Positions 27,651-38,373 of a stretch of 64,000 bases of DNA are shown here, piece by piece. Location of the stretch: NCBI GenBank assembly GCA_903915155.1, contig CAIWRU010000018.1:2344-66343 (forward strand). The letters run 5' to 3'. The number at the start of each line of letters is the position of its first letter. The first letter of the stretch is position 1. The position numbers and the translations under genes are program-made. Under the pieces are notes generated by a model. That model saw only the letters and a program-made list of their open reading frames with translations, searched no databases and was not told the DNA's origin. The DNA comes from an uncultured Mucilaginibacter sp. Its GTDB lineage: Bacteria; Bacteroidota; Bacteroidia; Sphingobacteriales; Sphingobacteriaceae.

Positions 27651-29129
27651 CTAATGGATAAAATTAAACAGCCTGCTCCAGCGTATCTTGTGCAGAAAGC
27701 TGGCGTTATCGTCAAAGCTCATCCATATAAATACAGCCTTACCCACAATATGGTCTTCGGGTACAAAACCCCAGAAGCGCGAATCTTCTGAATCATGGCG
27801 GTTATCGCCCATCATCCAATAATAGTCCATTTTAAACGTATAGCTATTTGTTTTTTGCCCGTTGATGAATATATCATCGCCTTTAACCTCTACCTTATTG
27901 TGCTCATAAACTTCAATGCAACGCTCATATACCGGGAAAGTCATGCTGTCGAGTTTTACTGTCCACCCTTTTTTCGGAACGATAACAGGCCCGAAATTAT
28001 CTACGTTCCATTTGTATTGTGGCAATTTACCATTCAGCATGGCATACGCCGGGTAATTGGCTACAGCACCACGGGGGAAAACCGGGTAAAGCGGATCAGA
28101 TTCGCCTCTCGGCGCAATGATCGGCTTAAGGTCCTTTACATTTGAATACCCACCGAATATTTTGGCTGATGCTGCGGTCATAGTAGGGACAGGCGGACTA
28201 TATAAAGTGATATTCAGTTCGTCAAATACATCAGGATTAACTTCTGTGCCGTTTGTTTTATAAGTGTACTCTGTTTGTTCGCCGGGCGGGTTTGGCATTG
28301 CTTTGCCGTTCACATAAACCTGCGCGTTAACTACGCTTAGGGTATCGCCGGGTGTGCCCTGGCAACGTTTTATATAATTTTCCTGTTTATCAACCGGGCG
28401 GTATAACGGCGAATCAGCATCCATCGGGTAATTAAAAACCACCACATCACCCTTTTTTACCTCTTCAAAACCGGGTAAGCGATGGTAACCCAATTCCCAG
28501 CCATCCCAATAAGCCTTAGTGCCTAACACGGGCATGGTGTGGTGTGCGAAAGGGAAAGCAATAGGTGTCATCGGTGTGCGGGGGCCGTAGTTAAGCTTGC
28601 TTACAAATAAAAAATCGCCAACCAATAATGATCGCTCCATTGATGGTGTGGGTATGGTGTAAGCCTCGATAAAAAATGTGCGTATCAAAGTAGCCGCTAA
28701 AACCGCGAAAATAATAGCCTCTGTCCATTCGCGGGATGTTGATTTTTTCAACGTTTTTTGATGTTTCTCCTTAAATTCAGGAGTAGCCGATGGGCCCACA
28801 TATTTTGTTGTACTATCAAATCCCCATTTAGGCAGGAATATAAATGGTAGCAGTATGCCGGCGGCCTGTTCGCGCAGGCTGAATTTACCGAATGATTTTA
28901 AAAGATCGATAGTTAAGCCAATGCAAACAAATACGTTTATTAAAGGCACAAACAGCAATATTGTCCACCAGGCGGGCCTGCCGCTTAGTTTTGTGGTTAT
29001 ATAAAAATTATAGATGGGTATGATAGCCTCCCAGCCCGGGCGACCGGCTTTTTGAAATAATTTATAGAGCCCAATATACGGCAGTATTATTAGAACAATA
29101 AAAAAGAGGAAGAAGCCGGCTATATTCAT
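27651..29129 (-). CDS. lepB: Signal peptidase I with extra N-terminal membrane domain
   Basis: IPTPSME, NYIKRC, GDNRHDSEDSRFWG; N-terminal KLFQKAGRPGWEAIIPIYN module. Confidence 0.93.
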   Translation of the reverse strand: MNIAGFFLFFIVLIILPYIGLYKLFQKAGRPGWEAIIPIYNFYITTKLSGRPAWWTILLFVPLINVFVCIGLTIDLLKSFGKFSLREQAAGILLPFIFLPKWGFDSTTKYVGPSATPEFKEKHQKTLKKSTSREWTEAIIFAVLAATLIRTFFIEAYTIPTPSMERSLLVGDFLFVSKLNYGPRTPMTPIAFPFAHHTMPVLGTKAYWDGWELGYHRLPGFEEVKKGDVVVFNYPMDADSPLYRPVDKQENYIKRCQGTPGDTLSVVNAQVYVNGKAMPNPPGEQTEYTYKTNGTEVNPDVFDELNITLYSPPVPTMTAASAKIFGGYSNVKDLKPIIAPRGESDPLYPVFPRGAVANYPAYAMLNGKLPQYKWNVDNFGPVIVPKKGWTVKLDSMTFPVYERCIEVYEHNKVEVKGDDIFINGQKTNSYTFKMDYYWMMGDNRHDSEDSRFWGFVPEDHIVGKAVFIWMSFDDNASFLHKIRWSRLFNFIH

Positions 29130-29143
29130 TATGCAGGTGGTTG

Positions 29144-29893
29144 TTAAATATCGAAGTTAAACATGTCGTTTATAGAATGGAAACCGGTATTATCATTCAG
29201 CCATTCAGCCGCCAGCACTGCGCCAAGTGCAAAACCATTGCGGTTATGGGCAGTATGTTTAAATTCAATACTGTCAACTTCCGAGTCGTAAATTACCGTG
29301 TGGGTGCCGGGTACGCTATCCATGCGGTATGATTCAATAAGCAGGGCGCTGTTGCCAACATTATCATCGCTATCTTTTCCATCGGCAACCAAAACATTGG
29401 CCCAATTTTTTTTGGCATCAAGGTTTTCAATTATGCCTTCGGCGATGGTGATGGCGGTGCCACTTGGCGAATCAAGCTTTTGCGTGTGATGAATCTCCTC
29501 TACCTGTACCTCGTAGTAGGGATAGTTGTTCATTAGCTTTGCCAGTATTTTATTTACGTGAAAGAAGATGTTTACACCTACGCTAAAATTGGTGGCATAT
29601 AGCAAGGTATGGTTACCATCTTCGCATTGTTGTTTTATTTCGTCGAGCTGATCATACCAGCCGGTTGTACCCACAACCACGGGTACGCCCGCATCAAAGC
29701 ACACATTAATATTTGATATTACCGATGATGGCGTAGTAAACTCAATAGCTACATCGGCCTGCTTCAGGTTTTCGGCAGTAAGCTCGTGCAGGTTATCGAA
29801 ATCAATTTTTAACACAATCTCGTGTTTACGGTCGGTGGCAATCTTTTCAATTATCTTACCCATTTTCCCGTAACCTAATAATGCTATCTTCAT
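29144..29893 (-). CDS. dapB: 4-hydroxy-tetrahydrodipicolinate reductase
   Basis: GYGKMG, VVGTTG, NFSVG, EIHHTQKLDSPSGTA. Confidence 0.97.
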   Translation of the reverse strand: MKIALLGYGKMGKIIEKIATDRKHEIVLKIDFDNLHELTAENLKQADVAIEFTTPSSVISNINVCFDAGVPVVVGTTGWYDQLDEIKQQCEDGNHTLLYATNFSVGVNIFFHVNKILAKLMNNYPYYEVQVEEIHHTQKLDSPSGTAITIAEGIIENLDAKKNWANVLVADGKDSDDNVGNSALLIESYRMDSVPGTHTVIYDSEVDSIEFKHTAHNRNGFALGAVLAAEWLNDNTGFHSINDMFNFDI

Positions 29894-30033
29894 CAGTATA
29901 AATATTTTTTGTGGCGATAAACTAATAATTATTGGACTGTAAAGGTAAGTTTTATACCGGGAATAATTGAGCCATTTTCACATTGTGCGCAGTACATTAG
30001 CTTAAAAATTAATGCTTTGGCCGGATACTATTA

Positions 30034-30732
30034 TTAAAACGACATGGTAAGCTTTACGCCCGGGATATAAGATCCGCTATATAAAGCATAGATGGGCTGC
30101 TGCTGGTTAATTATTGCAGGTTGTATCCTGAATGAGAAATCAGTATCCATGGTGTAGGAGTGCTGGAATTTAGCATCAATGTAAGCATCAACCATTTGGA
30201 TGCCCCAGGCGCCTAAAAAGCCTAAAATGCTCAAATCGCGGTTACGGCGGTAGCTGTCAACCAAATTATATACGGTTTGCTGCGGCACGTTATAGGTAAT
30301 ATAGGTTTGATAAAGCGCGGCCTGAGGCAGACTCGGAGAATACGGCGTACCATGCTCATAGTATTTGGCTACTATGAGATTAGGCGCATAATAACGCTGG
30401 TTAAAGGCAATAGCATCAGCCAGCAGGCCAAGGCCGGCATAAATTATAGGTACTTTCCACCATTGGTGGTTATATATCTGCCCCCAGCCGGGTATCATTA
30501 ATGAGCGCATAACCGCCTTATGCGGGCTGTGGGTGCTATCGGGATGATATATCTTATCATCGCCGTGTTTTACTTTGGGTGCAAAGCGTTTGGAGGTAAC
30601 CGAATCAGATCGCTGGTTAATGCTATCCCTCGGGGTAGGTTTTGCATTAAGCACCGGGCCCTGCGCCATAGCCGAAAAGGCAATGCCGGCTACCAAAAAA
30701 ACTACGAGCAGGTATTTACACATTTTTACCAA
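30034..30732 (-). CDS. DUF5683-like conserved protein
   Basis: SLMIPGWGQIYNHQWWKVPIIY and VDAYIDA motifs; usual position between parB and dapB in Bacteroidota. Confidence 0.75.
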   Translation of the reverse strand: MVKMCKYLLVVFLVAGIAFSAMAQGPVLNAKPTPRDSINQRSDSVTSKRFAPKVKHGDDKIYHPDSTHSPHKAVMRSLMIPGWGQIYNHQWWKVPIIYAGLGLLADAIAFNQRYYAPNLIVAKYYEHGTPYSPSLPQAALYQTYITYNVPQQTVYNLVDSYRRNRDLSILGFLGAWGIQMVDAYIDAKFQHSYTMDTDFSFRIQPAIINQQQPIYALYSGSYIPGVKLTMSF

Positions 30733-31631
30733 TCCAACATTTCAAGGATGCGGCCAAGGTCATCCTCTGATAAAAATGGTATTTCAATAGTACCATTTCC
30801 CTTGCCGTTAACTTTAAGTTTAACCCTTGTACTAAACTTTGATGCCAGGTCATCCTCTATCTTTTGTAAATGATAAGCGATAGGCTCCGGCTGTTTACCT
30901 TCTTTTTTTACCGGTAGCTTTTGCATATCGCGTACCAGTTCTTCAACCTTACGAACGGATAAACCTTCCTTTTTAATATGCTGATGGATAAATAATTGTT
31001 TAGCGGGGTCGTCAATACCTATCAATGCGCGGGCATGGCCCATGCTCAAAGCGCCGTCGCGGATGGATGCCTGTATGGTTGGCGGCAGCTTTAACAGGCG
31101 CAGGTAATTGGTAACGGTCGAGCGGTTTTTGCTTACACGTTCGCCCAGCTGTTCCTGTTTAAGGTTGCATTCTTCTATCATCCGTTGAAAGCTAAGCGCT
31201 ACCTCAATTGCATTGAGGTTTTCGCGCTGTATGTTTTCAATAAGCGCCATTTCCAGCATTTGCTGGTCGTTAGCGGTACGTACGTAGGCCGGTATCTGGG
31301 TTAAGCCTGCCAGTTTCGACGCGCGCAAACGGCGTTCACCCGATATTAACTGGTAGCTATGCGCGTTAACGCGCCTAACGGTTATGGGCTGTATAAGGCC
31401 CTGTAGTTTTATTGATTCGGATAATTCCTGTAATGCCTGCTGATCAAAATCAGTGCGCGGCTGAAAAGGGTTCACCTCAATTTCGGCTATCCTGATCTCA
31501 TTAACCGAACCCATATCATTTACCTCGGGCGATGACCCCATTGGCCTGCCTTTATCGGGCATAACGCTTACAGAATCATTAAGCAAGGCGCTTAACCCTT
31601 TCCCCAGGGCATTTCGTTTTTCTGCACTCAT
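30726..31631 (-). CDS. parB: Chromosome partitioning protein ParB
   Basis: ALGKGLSALL, NPFQPR, ISGERRLRA, ENIQRENL. Confidence 0.96.
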   Translation of the reverse strand: MSAEKRNALGKGLSALLNDSVSVMPDKGRPMGSSPEVNDMGSVNEIRIAEIEVNPFQPRTDFDQQALQELSESIKLQGLIQPITVRRVNAHSYQLISGERRLRASKLAGLTQIPAYVRTANDQQMLEMALIENIQRENLNAIEVALSFQRMIEECNLKQEQLGERVSKNRSTVTNYLRLLKLPPTIQASIRDGALSMGHARALIGIDDPAKQLFIHQHIKKEGLSVRKVEELVRDMQKLPVKKEGKQPEPIAYHLQKIEDDLASKFSTRVKLKVNGKGNGTIEIPFLSEDDLGRILEMLDW

Positions 31632-31634
31632 TTG

Positions 31635-32438
31635 TTAAGCTGTTTCGGTAGTTGCCGCGGTTTGGTCCTCAACCAACCCGTTTTTGCGTATAATTTCGCG
31701 GGCAAGGTTCAAATAATTTATAGCGCCTTTGCAGGTAGCATCATGCATAATAACTGATATACCGAAGCTCGGGGCCTCGCTCAAACGTGTATTGCGCTGT
31801 ATGATGGTATCAAATACCATGTCTTCAAAATGATTGCGTACTTCCTCAACCACCTGGTTGCTCAGGCGCAGGCGCACATCATACATGGTTAATAAAATGC
31901 CTTCTACCTTTAACGTGGTATTTAAACGGGTTTGTACAATTTTTATGGTATTGAGCAATTTGCCCAGGCCTTCCAAAGCGAAGTATTCGCACTGCACCGG
32001 TATAATTACCGAATCGGCGGCGGTTAATGAGTTAATAGTGATCAAACCTAACGACGGCGAGCAATCGATGATGATAAAATCATACTCATGACGAAGTCCA
32101 TCCAGTACTTCCTTCATTTTAAACTCACGATTCTCGAGGTTGATCATCTCTATTTCGGCACCCACCAGGTCGATATGCGCAGGCAGCAGATCAAGGTTTG
32201 GGGTATCGGTGTGCTGTATGGCCTCGTGCGGATCAATATTATTGATGATACACTCGTAAATACTATTTTTTATATTGCGCGGATCGAACCCTATGCCCGA
32301 TGTTGAATTGGCCTGCGGATCGGCATCAACCAATAGTGTCCTGTATTCTAAAACGGCTAAACTTGCTGCCAGGTTAATGGATGATGTAGTTTTCCCTACG
32401 CCGCCTTTTTGGTTGGCTAAAGCAATAATTTTACTCAT
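31635..32438 (-). CDS. parA: Chromosome partitioning ATPase ParA/Soj
   Basis: NQKGGVGKTT, DADPQAN, IIDCSPSLG, QCEYFALEG. Confidence 0.96.
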   Translation of the reverse strand: MSKIIALANQKGGVGKTTSSINLAASLAVLEYRTLLVDADPQANSTSGIGFDPRNIKNSIYECIINNIDPHEAIQHTDTPNLDLLPAHIDLVGAEIEMINLENREFKMKEVLDGLRHEYDFIIIDCSPSLGLITINSLTAADSVIIPVQCEYFALEGLGKLLNTIKIVQTRLNTTLKVEGILLTMYDVRLRLSNQVVEEVRNHFEDMVFDTIIQRNTRLSEAPSFGISVIMHDATCKGAINYLNLAREIIRKNGLVEDQTAATTETA

Positions 32439-32723
32439 TGTGTATATTAAATTTTATTATTGAGTTTTATAACAAACGGCAATTAGAAACATAAATTTCT
32501 AACTTCGTTAAGTTTTAAAGCGGTGCTAAAATACAAAGTTAATAATTGCTTGCATTTTGCACCATGGGTTAAGCGGTTAAGGGATGTAATTTTACTCACA
32601 TTTTTTGGCTACTTACACACAATATCCGGCTTAAAAAGTTAATATGCACGGCTTTATATAAACAGACTACAAAGTATTAAAAGCTTCGTATGTCACATAA
32701 TATTTTCAATAACTATAAATTAA

Positions 32724-33245
32724 ATGATCACCATTATATCATCAACCAACAGGCCCGGCAGCACAACGCTTAAAGTGGCAAAATACTACCAGAAAAGGCT
32801 GCGCGAAAAAGGCGTGGAAGCGGGCCTGCTATCGCTTATCGACCTGCCGCCCTACCTAATGGTGACCGCATTACTTAAAGGGCGTAACGAAGCGTTTGAG
32901 CCAATACAGCAAATTATTACCCAAACCGATAAATTCATTTTTATAATCCCTGAATATAATGGCAGTTACCCCGGCGTTTTAAAGGTAATGATAGATGCCT
33001 GTGCGTTCCCCGAAAGCTTTTATGAAAAAAAGGCAGCGTTAGTGGGGGTGTCGGCAGGTAAATACGGCAACATACGCGGCATAGACCATTTTACAGGCGT
33101 ATGCCATTATTTAAACCTGCATGTGCTGCCGCTAAAACTGCATATCGCTAACACCAAGCAGGAAGTAGATGCGGATGGTAACCTTTTTAAAGAAGATACC
33201 CTGAAGTTTACTGATGAGCAGATGGATAAATTTATTTTATTATGA
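32724..33245 (+). CDS. NADPH-dependent FMN reductase
   Basis: STNRPGS, PEYNGSYPGVLK. Confidence 0.9.
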   Translation: MITIISSTNRPGSTTLKVAKYYQKRLREKGVEAGLLSLIDLPPYLMVTALLKGRNEAFEPIQQIITQTDKFIFIIPEYNGSYPGVLKVMIDACAFPESFYEKKAALVGVSAGKYGNIRGIDHFTGVCHYLNLHVLPLKLHIANTKQEVDADGNLFKEDTLKFTDEQMDKFILL

Positions 33246-33297
33246 TTACAGCGGTTAGCTGACAAAAACTAAACCGAGAGTGCCTATATTTGGCTAT

Positions 33298-34698
33298 ATG
33301 AGCACAGTAACCGTTTCCGCCCTAAAAGCTTTTGAAGCATTACAGCAAGTTCCGGATGAGCAATTGCAATGGCTTATTGACCACAGCGAGAAGCGGACAA
33401 TACCCGATGGCGAACTATTGACAAGCCCGGGCCTGCCAATGACGGGGCCGCACTTTATTATTACCGGGCAACTGGAAGGCTCGTTAATACAAAACGGCAG
33501 CAAGCGCGAACTGGCTATTTTTGAAGCCGGTGATATAACAGGTTATCTGCCTTATTCAAGGGGAATGGTTTCAAAAGTTTATATAAGGAGCATGGGCGAT
33601 GTGCTGGTACTTTCATATCCTACAGATAAGATAAGGGTAATGATAGAAACCCAGTTTGAGCTTACCCAGGCGCTGGTGCATGAAATGAGCAACCGTGTAC
33701 GCAGCTTTACAACCATGCAGCAACAGAACGAAAAAATGATGGCATTAGGTAAGCTTTCGGCCGGGTTGGCGCATGAGCTGAATAACCCGGCATCGGCCAT
33801 TGTGCGCGATTCTGTATCGCTGCGCGAACATTTAAAAATGCAGCCCGAAGGCTTTAAAAAAGTAATAGCCATACAAATGGATGCCGAGCAGGTAGATGGC
33901 GTACAACAGGAACTTTTTAAAATATTAACCGAAAAAGACAGGCCTGTTTTAAGCCTGAAAGAAAAATCAAAACGCGAAGACGAACTTACCGATTGGCTGG
34001 ATGAACATGGCGTGGAAGACAACTATGACATAGCGGAAAATTTTGTCGATTTTAATTTTGATGTTGACAGCCTTGAACGCTTTAGTAAGCATATACCCGA
34101 TGCTTATTTAGCCCCGGTTTTTAACTGGATAAGCGACCTGCTGGTTACGGAACGAATGGTGGAAGATATACAGGAATCATCGCGGCGCATTGCCGAACTG
34201 GTAAGCTCGGTTAAAACCTTTACCCACATGGACCGCGGCGCTGATAAGCAATATGCCGATATTCATAATGGCATACGCAATACGCTTACTATGCTTGGCT
34301 ATAAATTAAAAAAAGGCAATATTACTTTGGTTGAAGAGTTTGACAATACATTACCCCCGGTAAAAGCTATGATAGGCGAATTGAACCAGGTGTGGACAAA
34401 CCTGATTGACAACGCGCTTGATGCCATGGAGCCAAACGGCAAGGGCACCCTAACTATAAAAACACAAAAGGACCGCGAATTTGTACAGGTTTGCATTATG
34501 GATGATGGCCCTGGCATACCTGCTGAAATAGTATCGCAGATATTCGACCCATTTTTTACAACCAAGGAAATAGGCAAGGGCACAGGAATGGGCCTTGAAG
34601 TGGTACAGCGCATTGTACAACAGCACAATGGATCAGTAAAAGTAAAATCAGTACCGCATCGTACAGAATTTGAGGTTTGTTTTCCCATCGATGGCTAA
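33298..34698 (+). CDS. Sensor histidine kinase with N-terminal cNMP-binding-like domain
   Basis: GLAHELNNP, NQVWTNLIDNA, DDGPGI, FDPFFTTK, GTGMGL; start placed at MSTVT (33298), after TATATTTG. Confidence 0.92.
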   Translation: MSTVTVSALKAFEALQQVPDEQLQWLIDHSEKRTIPDGELLTSPGLPMTGPHFIITGQLEGSLIQNGSKRELAIFEAGDITGYLPYSRGMVSKVYIRSMGDVLVLSYPTDKIRVMIETQFELTQALVHEMSNRVRSFTTMQQQNEKMMALGKLSAGLAHELNNPASAIVRDSVSLREHLKMQPEGFKKVIAIQMDAEQVDGVQQELFKILTEKDRPVLSLKEKSKREDELTDWLDEHGVEDNYDIAENFVDFNFDVDSLERFSKHIPDAYLAPVFNWISDLLVTERMVEDIQESSRRIAELVSSVKTFTHMDRGADKQYADIHNGIRNTLTMLGYKLKKGNITLVEEFDNTLPPVKAMIGELNQVWTNLIDNALDAMEPNGKGTLTIKTQKDREFVQVCIMDDGPGIPAEIVSQIFDPFFTTKEIGKGTGMGLEVVQRIVQQHNGSVKVKSVPHRTEFEVCFPIDG

Positions 34699-34737
34699 AA
34701 AAGAAATTCATCACATTAACCAAACAGCACACAACCC

Positions 34738-36399
34738 ATGGAACGCCCGATAATTTTTTTGATAGATGATGACCCCCAGGTTTTACGCGCCATAACCCGC
34801 GACATTAAAACCAAATTTGGCAAAGAATATAAAATTTTAAGTACCACTTCGGCAAATGAGGCGCTGGAAACTTTTACCGACCTGAAAAACAGCTCGGACG
34901 TAATTGCCATGTTCATCAGCGATCAGCGTATGCCGGAAATGGAAGGAGTAGCTTTGCTGGAGAAGGCTATCAAAGTATTTCCGACCGCGAAAAGGGTATT
35001 GCTTACCGCCTATTCCGATACCGACGCGGCTATAAAAGCCATTAATGACGTGCAGCTTGATTACTACCTGATGAAACCCTGGGACCCGCCCGAGGAAAAA
35101 CTATACCCCGTTATAAATGATCTGCTGGAAGACTGGCAAAGTGACTATATCCCCGATTTTAAGGGGATAAAAGTGGTTGGTTACCAGTTCTCGCCGCAAT
35201 CGCATTTGGTTAAGGATTACCTGGCCAGTAACTTGGTGCCTTACAAATGGTTCGATATAGAAAAGAACCCGGAAGCACAGGATATTATCAACCTAAATAA
35301 AATAGCTACGGATCAATTGCCATTAGTGGTTTTTGACGATGGTGCGCTGTTAACACAACCTACCATACGGGCAATAGCCGAAAAAATCGGGGCCAATCCG
35401 CAAATAACTAATGATATTTATGATGTGGTGATCATAGGTGCAGGACCGGCAGGTTTAGCGGCGGCGGTATATGGCGCTTCGGAAGGGTTGAAGACATTAT
35501 TGATAGAACGCAAAGCCCCCGGTGGGCAGGCAGGTACCAGTTCGAGGATAGAAAATTACCTGGGCTTCCCGGCAGGGTTAAGCGGCGCAGATCTTACCCG
35601 GCGAGCCATTAGCCAGGCCATGCGCTTAGGCGCGGAATTTTTATCGCCACAAGCGGTAAATGATATTAAACAAAAAGACGGCTATAAAACCATTATACTA
35701 GATGATGGCCCGGAAATTATCAGTCGGGCCGTAATTATAACCACCGGGGTTGATTACCGGAAGTTAGAAACCAAAGGCGTTGAAAACTTTACCGGCGCGG
35801 GCATTTATTACGGTGCAGCAACTACCGAGGCATCGGCTTGTAAAGATAAAGAGGTATATGTTATCGGCGGCGGGAACTCGGCGGGGCAGGCGGCGGTTTA
35901 TCTTTCCAAATTCGCCAAGAACGTTTACATCGTCATACGTAAAGATAGCCTGAGCTATACCATGTCGGCCTATTTGATACAGCAAATTGATAACATCCCT
36001 AACATCACCGTTTTGCCCGATACTGAGATCATTGAAGCTATGGGTGATAATTCATTAGAACAATTAACGCTATTGAATGTAAAAACCAAAGAAACTGCAA
36101 CTAAAGACGCTGCCGGGTTGTATATTTTTATCGGCGCCAAACCTTATACCGACTGGATAAAGCTTGATATTTTACGGGACAACAAAGGTTTTATTGAAAC
36201 CGGGCGGGATTTGCGTGTACGTGACGAATTTGGCAGGATATGGAAACATAAACGCGACCCATTTTTATTGGAAACCAGTTGCCCCGGTATTTTTGCCGCA
36301 GGCGATGTACGCTCGGGCGCTATGAACAGGGTAGCATCGGCCGTTGGCGAAGGCTCAATGGCGATAAGCTTTGTGCATAAGTATTTGGCAGAGGTATAG
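34738..36399 (+). CDS. Response regulator receiver fused to a thioredoxin-reductase-like FAD oxidoreductase
   Basis: REC (IDDD, SDQRMP, KPW), GAGPAGL, GGQAGTSSRIENYLGF, GGGNSAGQ, FAAGDVR. Confidence 0.92.
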   Translation: MERPIIFLIDDDPQVLRAITRDIKTKFGKEYKILSTTSANEALETFTDLKNSSDVIAMFISDQRMPEMEGVALLEKAIKVFPTAKRVLLTAYSDTDAAIKAINDVQLDYYLMKPWDPPEEKLYPVINDLLEDWQSDYIPDFKGIKVVGYQFSPQSHLVKDYLASNLVPYKWFDIEKNPEAQDIINLNKIATDQLPLVVFDDGALLTQPTIRAIAEKIGANPQITNDIYDVVIIGAGPAGLAAAVYGASEGLKTLLIERKAPGGQAGTSSRIENYLGFPAGLSGADLTRRAISQAMRLGAEFLSPQAVNDIKQKDGYKTIILDDGPEIISRAVIITTGVDYRKLETKGVENFTGAGIYYGAATTEASACKDKEVYVIGGGNSAGQAAVYLSKFAKNVYIVIRKDSLSYTMSAYLIQQIDNIPNITVLPDTEIIEAMGDNSLEQLTLLNVKTKETATKDAAGLYIFIGAKPYTDWIKLDILRDNKGFIETGRDLRVRDEFGRIWKHKRDPFLLETSCPGIFAAGDVRSGAMNRVASAVGEGSMAISFVHKYLAEV

Positions 36400-36459
36400 A
36401 AAAACATAACCAACTACAATATAAAACTAATTTATTAGTTTAGCTTTAAATCATGATTC

Positions 36460-37581
36460 ATGAAAAAGCTGCTTTTAATTGCCTTACTGTCTTTTTTATC
36501 AATAAATGTAAAGTCGCAGGTACTGGAAAAGACATTGCAAGAAGTAAAAAAATATAAGAACATCAGTTACGACGATGTTTTAAAGTTTCAATTTTCTTTC
36601 CAGGAAAGCGCTTATATTGATACCACCCATGTACAAATAACACAAATGCCAAATGAGATGCAGATTGGCGGTTATTTTAAACTAACAAACAAAACAGCTA
36701 CGCAAACTTTTGATGGGAACAAGACCATTGAACTGAATTTAAGTGATAGCACTTACAGCATTAGTACCGATGCGGTTACAAGTCAATACAGCAGAAATAT
36801 TTTATATTGGAGCAAGCAGTTAGATAAGTATTTAAAAACACCATCTAAAATAAAAAGCCTTACAGATACGATAATAAACAATGTCCCTTATTACCATATA
36901 AATGTGGTTGTATATGATTCTGTAAAAAACAAGGAACACATATTTGATTATGTGAGCTTAACTATCGACAAAAAAACATTCTTGCCTTATTCTATTAGAG
37001 ACAATAGCAAGGGATTTGATGATGCCGGTACGGTATTAAGCATGTTGGAGGAGCACACCTTTAAAAACTATCAGCTTAATCCGGCAGGGTTCGCTGATCT
37101 TTCAGTGGCTACCATACCCGGGTATTTCAAGTTGCCGGTTAGAAAAGTTTATACTCCCTTAGCAAACGGGACAAAGGCACCGCACATAAACCTTAATGAC
37201 CTTGCCGGGCATCCATATCAATTTGACAATTTAAAAGGAAAAACGGTGTTATTAAGTTTTGACTTTGTAGGATGCCCACATTGTATCGATGCTGAACAAA
37301 CGTTAATAAAGCTCCAGGAAAGATATAAAAACACCAACGTGGTTATTGCAATTTTATACCCGATAGATAAAAAAGAAGCCGTTTTAAAACACAATGCAAA
37401 CAGTAAAATTACCTTCACAAGTTATACCACTGAAGGAACTGTACAAAACCTTTACCAGTATGAGGGTTACCCTGCGTTTTATATCATTGACAAAAATGGC
37501 AACATTGCAGGAAATTATTGCGGTTATACTAATGAACTGCAAGATAGGCTGACTGCAATGATAGATAGCGCAAATAAATAA
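36460..37581 (+). CDS. Exported TlpA/AhpC-TSA thioredoxin-domain protein
   Basis: Signal peptide; FDFVGCPHC; YPAFYIIDKNGNI. Confidence 0.8.
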   Translation: MKKLLLIALLSFLSINVKSQVLEKTLQEVKKYKNISYDDVLKFQFSFQESAYIDTTHVQITQMPNEMQIGGYFKLTNKTATQTFDGNKTIELNLSDSTYSISTDAVTSQYSRNILYWSKQLDKYLKTPSKIKSLTDTIINNVPYYHINVVVYDSVKNKEHIFDYVSLTIDKKTFLPYSIRDNSKGFDDAGTVLSMLEEHTFKNYQLNPAGFADLSVATIPGYFKLPVRKVYTPLANGTKAPHINLNDLAGHPYQFDNLKGKTVLLSFDFVGCPHCIDAEQTLIKLQERYKNTNVVIAILYPIDKKEAVLKHNANSKITFTSYTTEGTVQNLYQYEGYPAFYIIDKNGNIAGNYCGYTNELQDRLTAMIDSANK

Positions 37582-37583
37582 CG

Positions 37584-38279
37584 CTATAAACCGCCGCCAC
37601 TTACCCACTTAGCAATGATGAATGCTGCCGCTGCGGCAAGGGCGCCGATAAACAGCACTTTAAAGGCGCCACTTACAGCTGGCTGCCCGGTTACCTTACT
37701 TTTAAAATATCCGAACACAAACAAGCAAACCAAAGTAATAGCACATGAATAATAAAGCGCCGTTTGGGAGTTAGCTACAAAAAAATATGGCGAAAGCGGG
37801 ATGATGCCCCCCACTATGTATGACAGCCCAATGGTAACTGCGCTCTGAGTGGCACGGTTGGCCTGTGGTTTTTCAAGCCCCAACTCATAGCGCATCATAA
37901 AGTCCACCCATTTATCTGTATCCTTGGCCATTTCATCAGCCACCTGTTGCTGTAATTTTTCCGACAGGCCAAAATCGGCAAATACCTCCATTACTTCTTG
38001 TTTTTCCTGTTCAGGTACGCGTTCAACCTCATCATATTCACGCTTTAGTTCCGAGGCATAATGGTCGGCTTCGGTACGCCCTGCCAAAAAACCACCCAGG
38101 CCCATGGCTATGGAGCCGGCAACAATTTCGGCAATGCCGGCCGTTACTACTATACCGGATTTTGCAACAGCGCCGCTTAAACCGGCTGCCAACGCAAATG
38201 GAACTGTTAAGCCATCGCTCATGCCTATAACAATATCGCGAATGGTATCGGAGCTTTTTAAATGCTGTTCTTTGTGCAT
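37584..38279 (-). CDS. VIT1/CCC1 family iron/manganese transporter
   Basis: IRDIVIGMSDGLTVPFALAAG, IAMGLGGFLA, FMMRYELGLE. Confidence 0.93.
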   Translation of the reverse strand: MHKEQHLKSSDTIRDIVIGMSDGLTVPFALAAGLSGAVAKSGIVVTAGIAEIVAGSIAMGLGGFLAGRTEADHYASELKREYDEVERVPEQEKQEVMEVFADFGLSEKLQQQVADEMAKDTDKWVDFMMRYELGLEKPQANRATQSAVTIGLSYIVGGIIPLSPYFFVANSQTALYYSCAITLVCLFVFGYFKSKVTGQPAVSGAFKVLFIGALAAAAAFIIAKWVSGGGL

Positions 38280-38373
38280 GCCTTAAAGGTACATGGTAAA
38301 TGGGGGTCAGTGTCAATAAAAAAACAATTTGTTATTAGTCTTAATTATATATCGGTAAACAATCGCTTAAAGG

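Noticed and set aside
30034-32720. parS site or oriC near parAB
   Set aside because: No TGTTTCACGTGAAACA-like palindrome or DnaA-box cluster noticed; parAB-DUF5683-dapB-lepB is a standard Bacteroidota operon.
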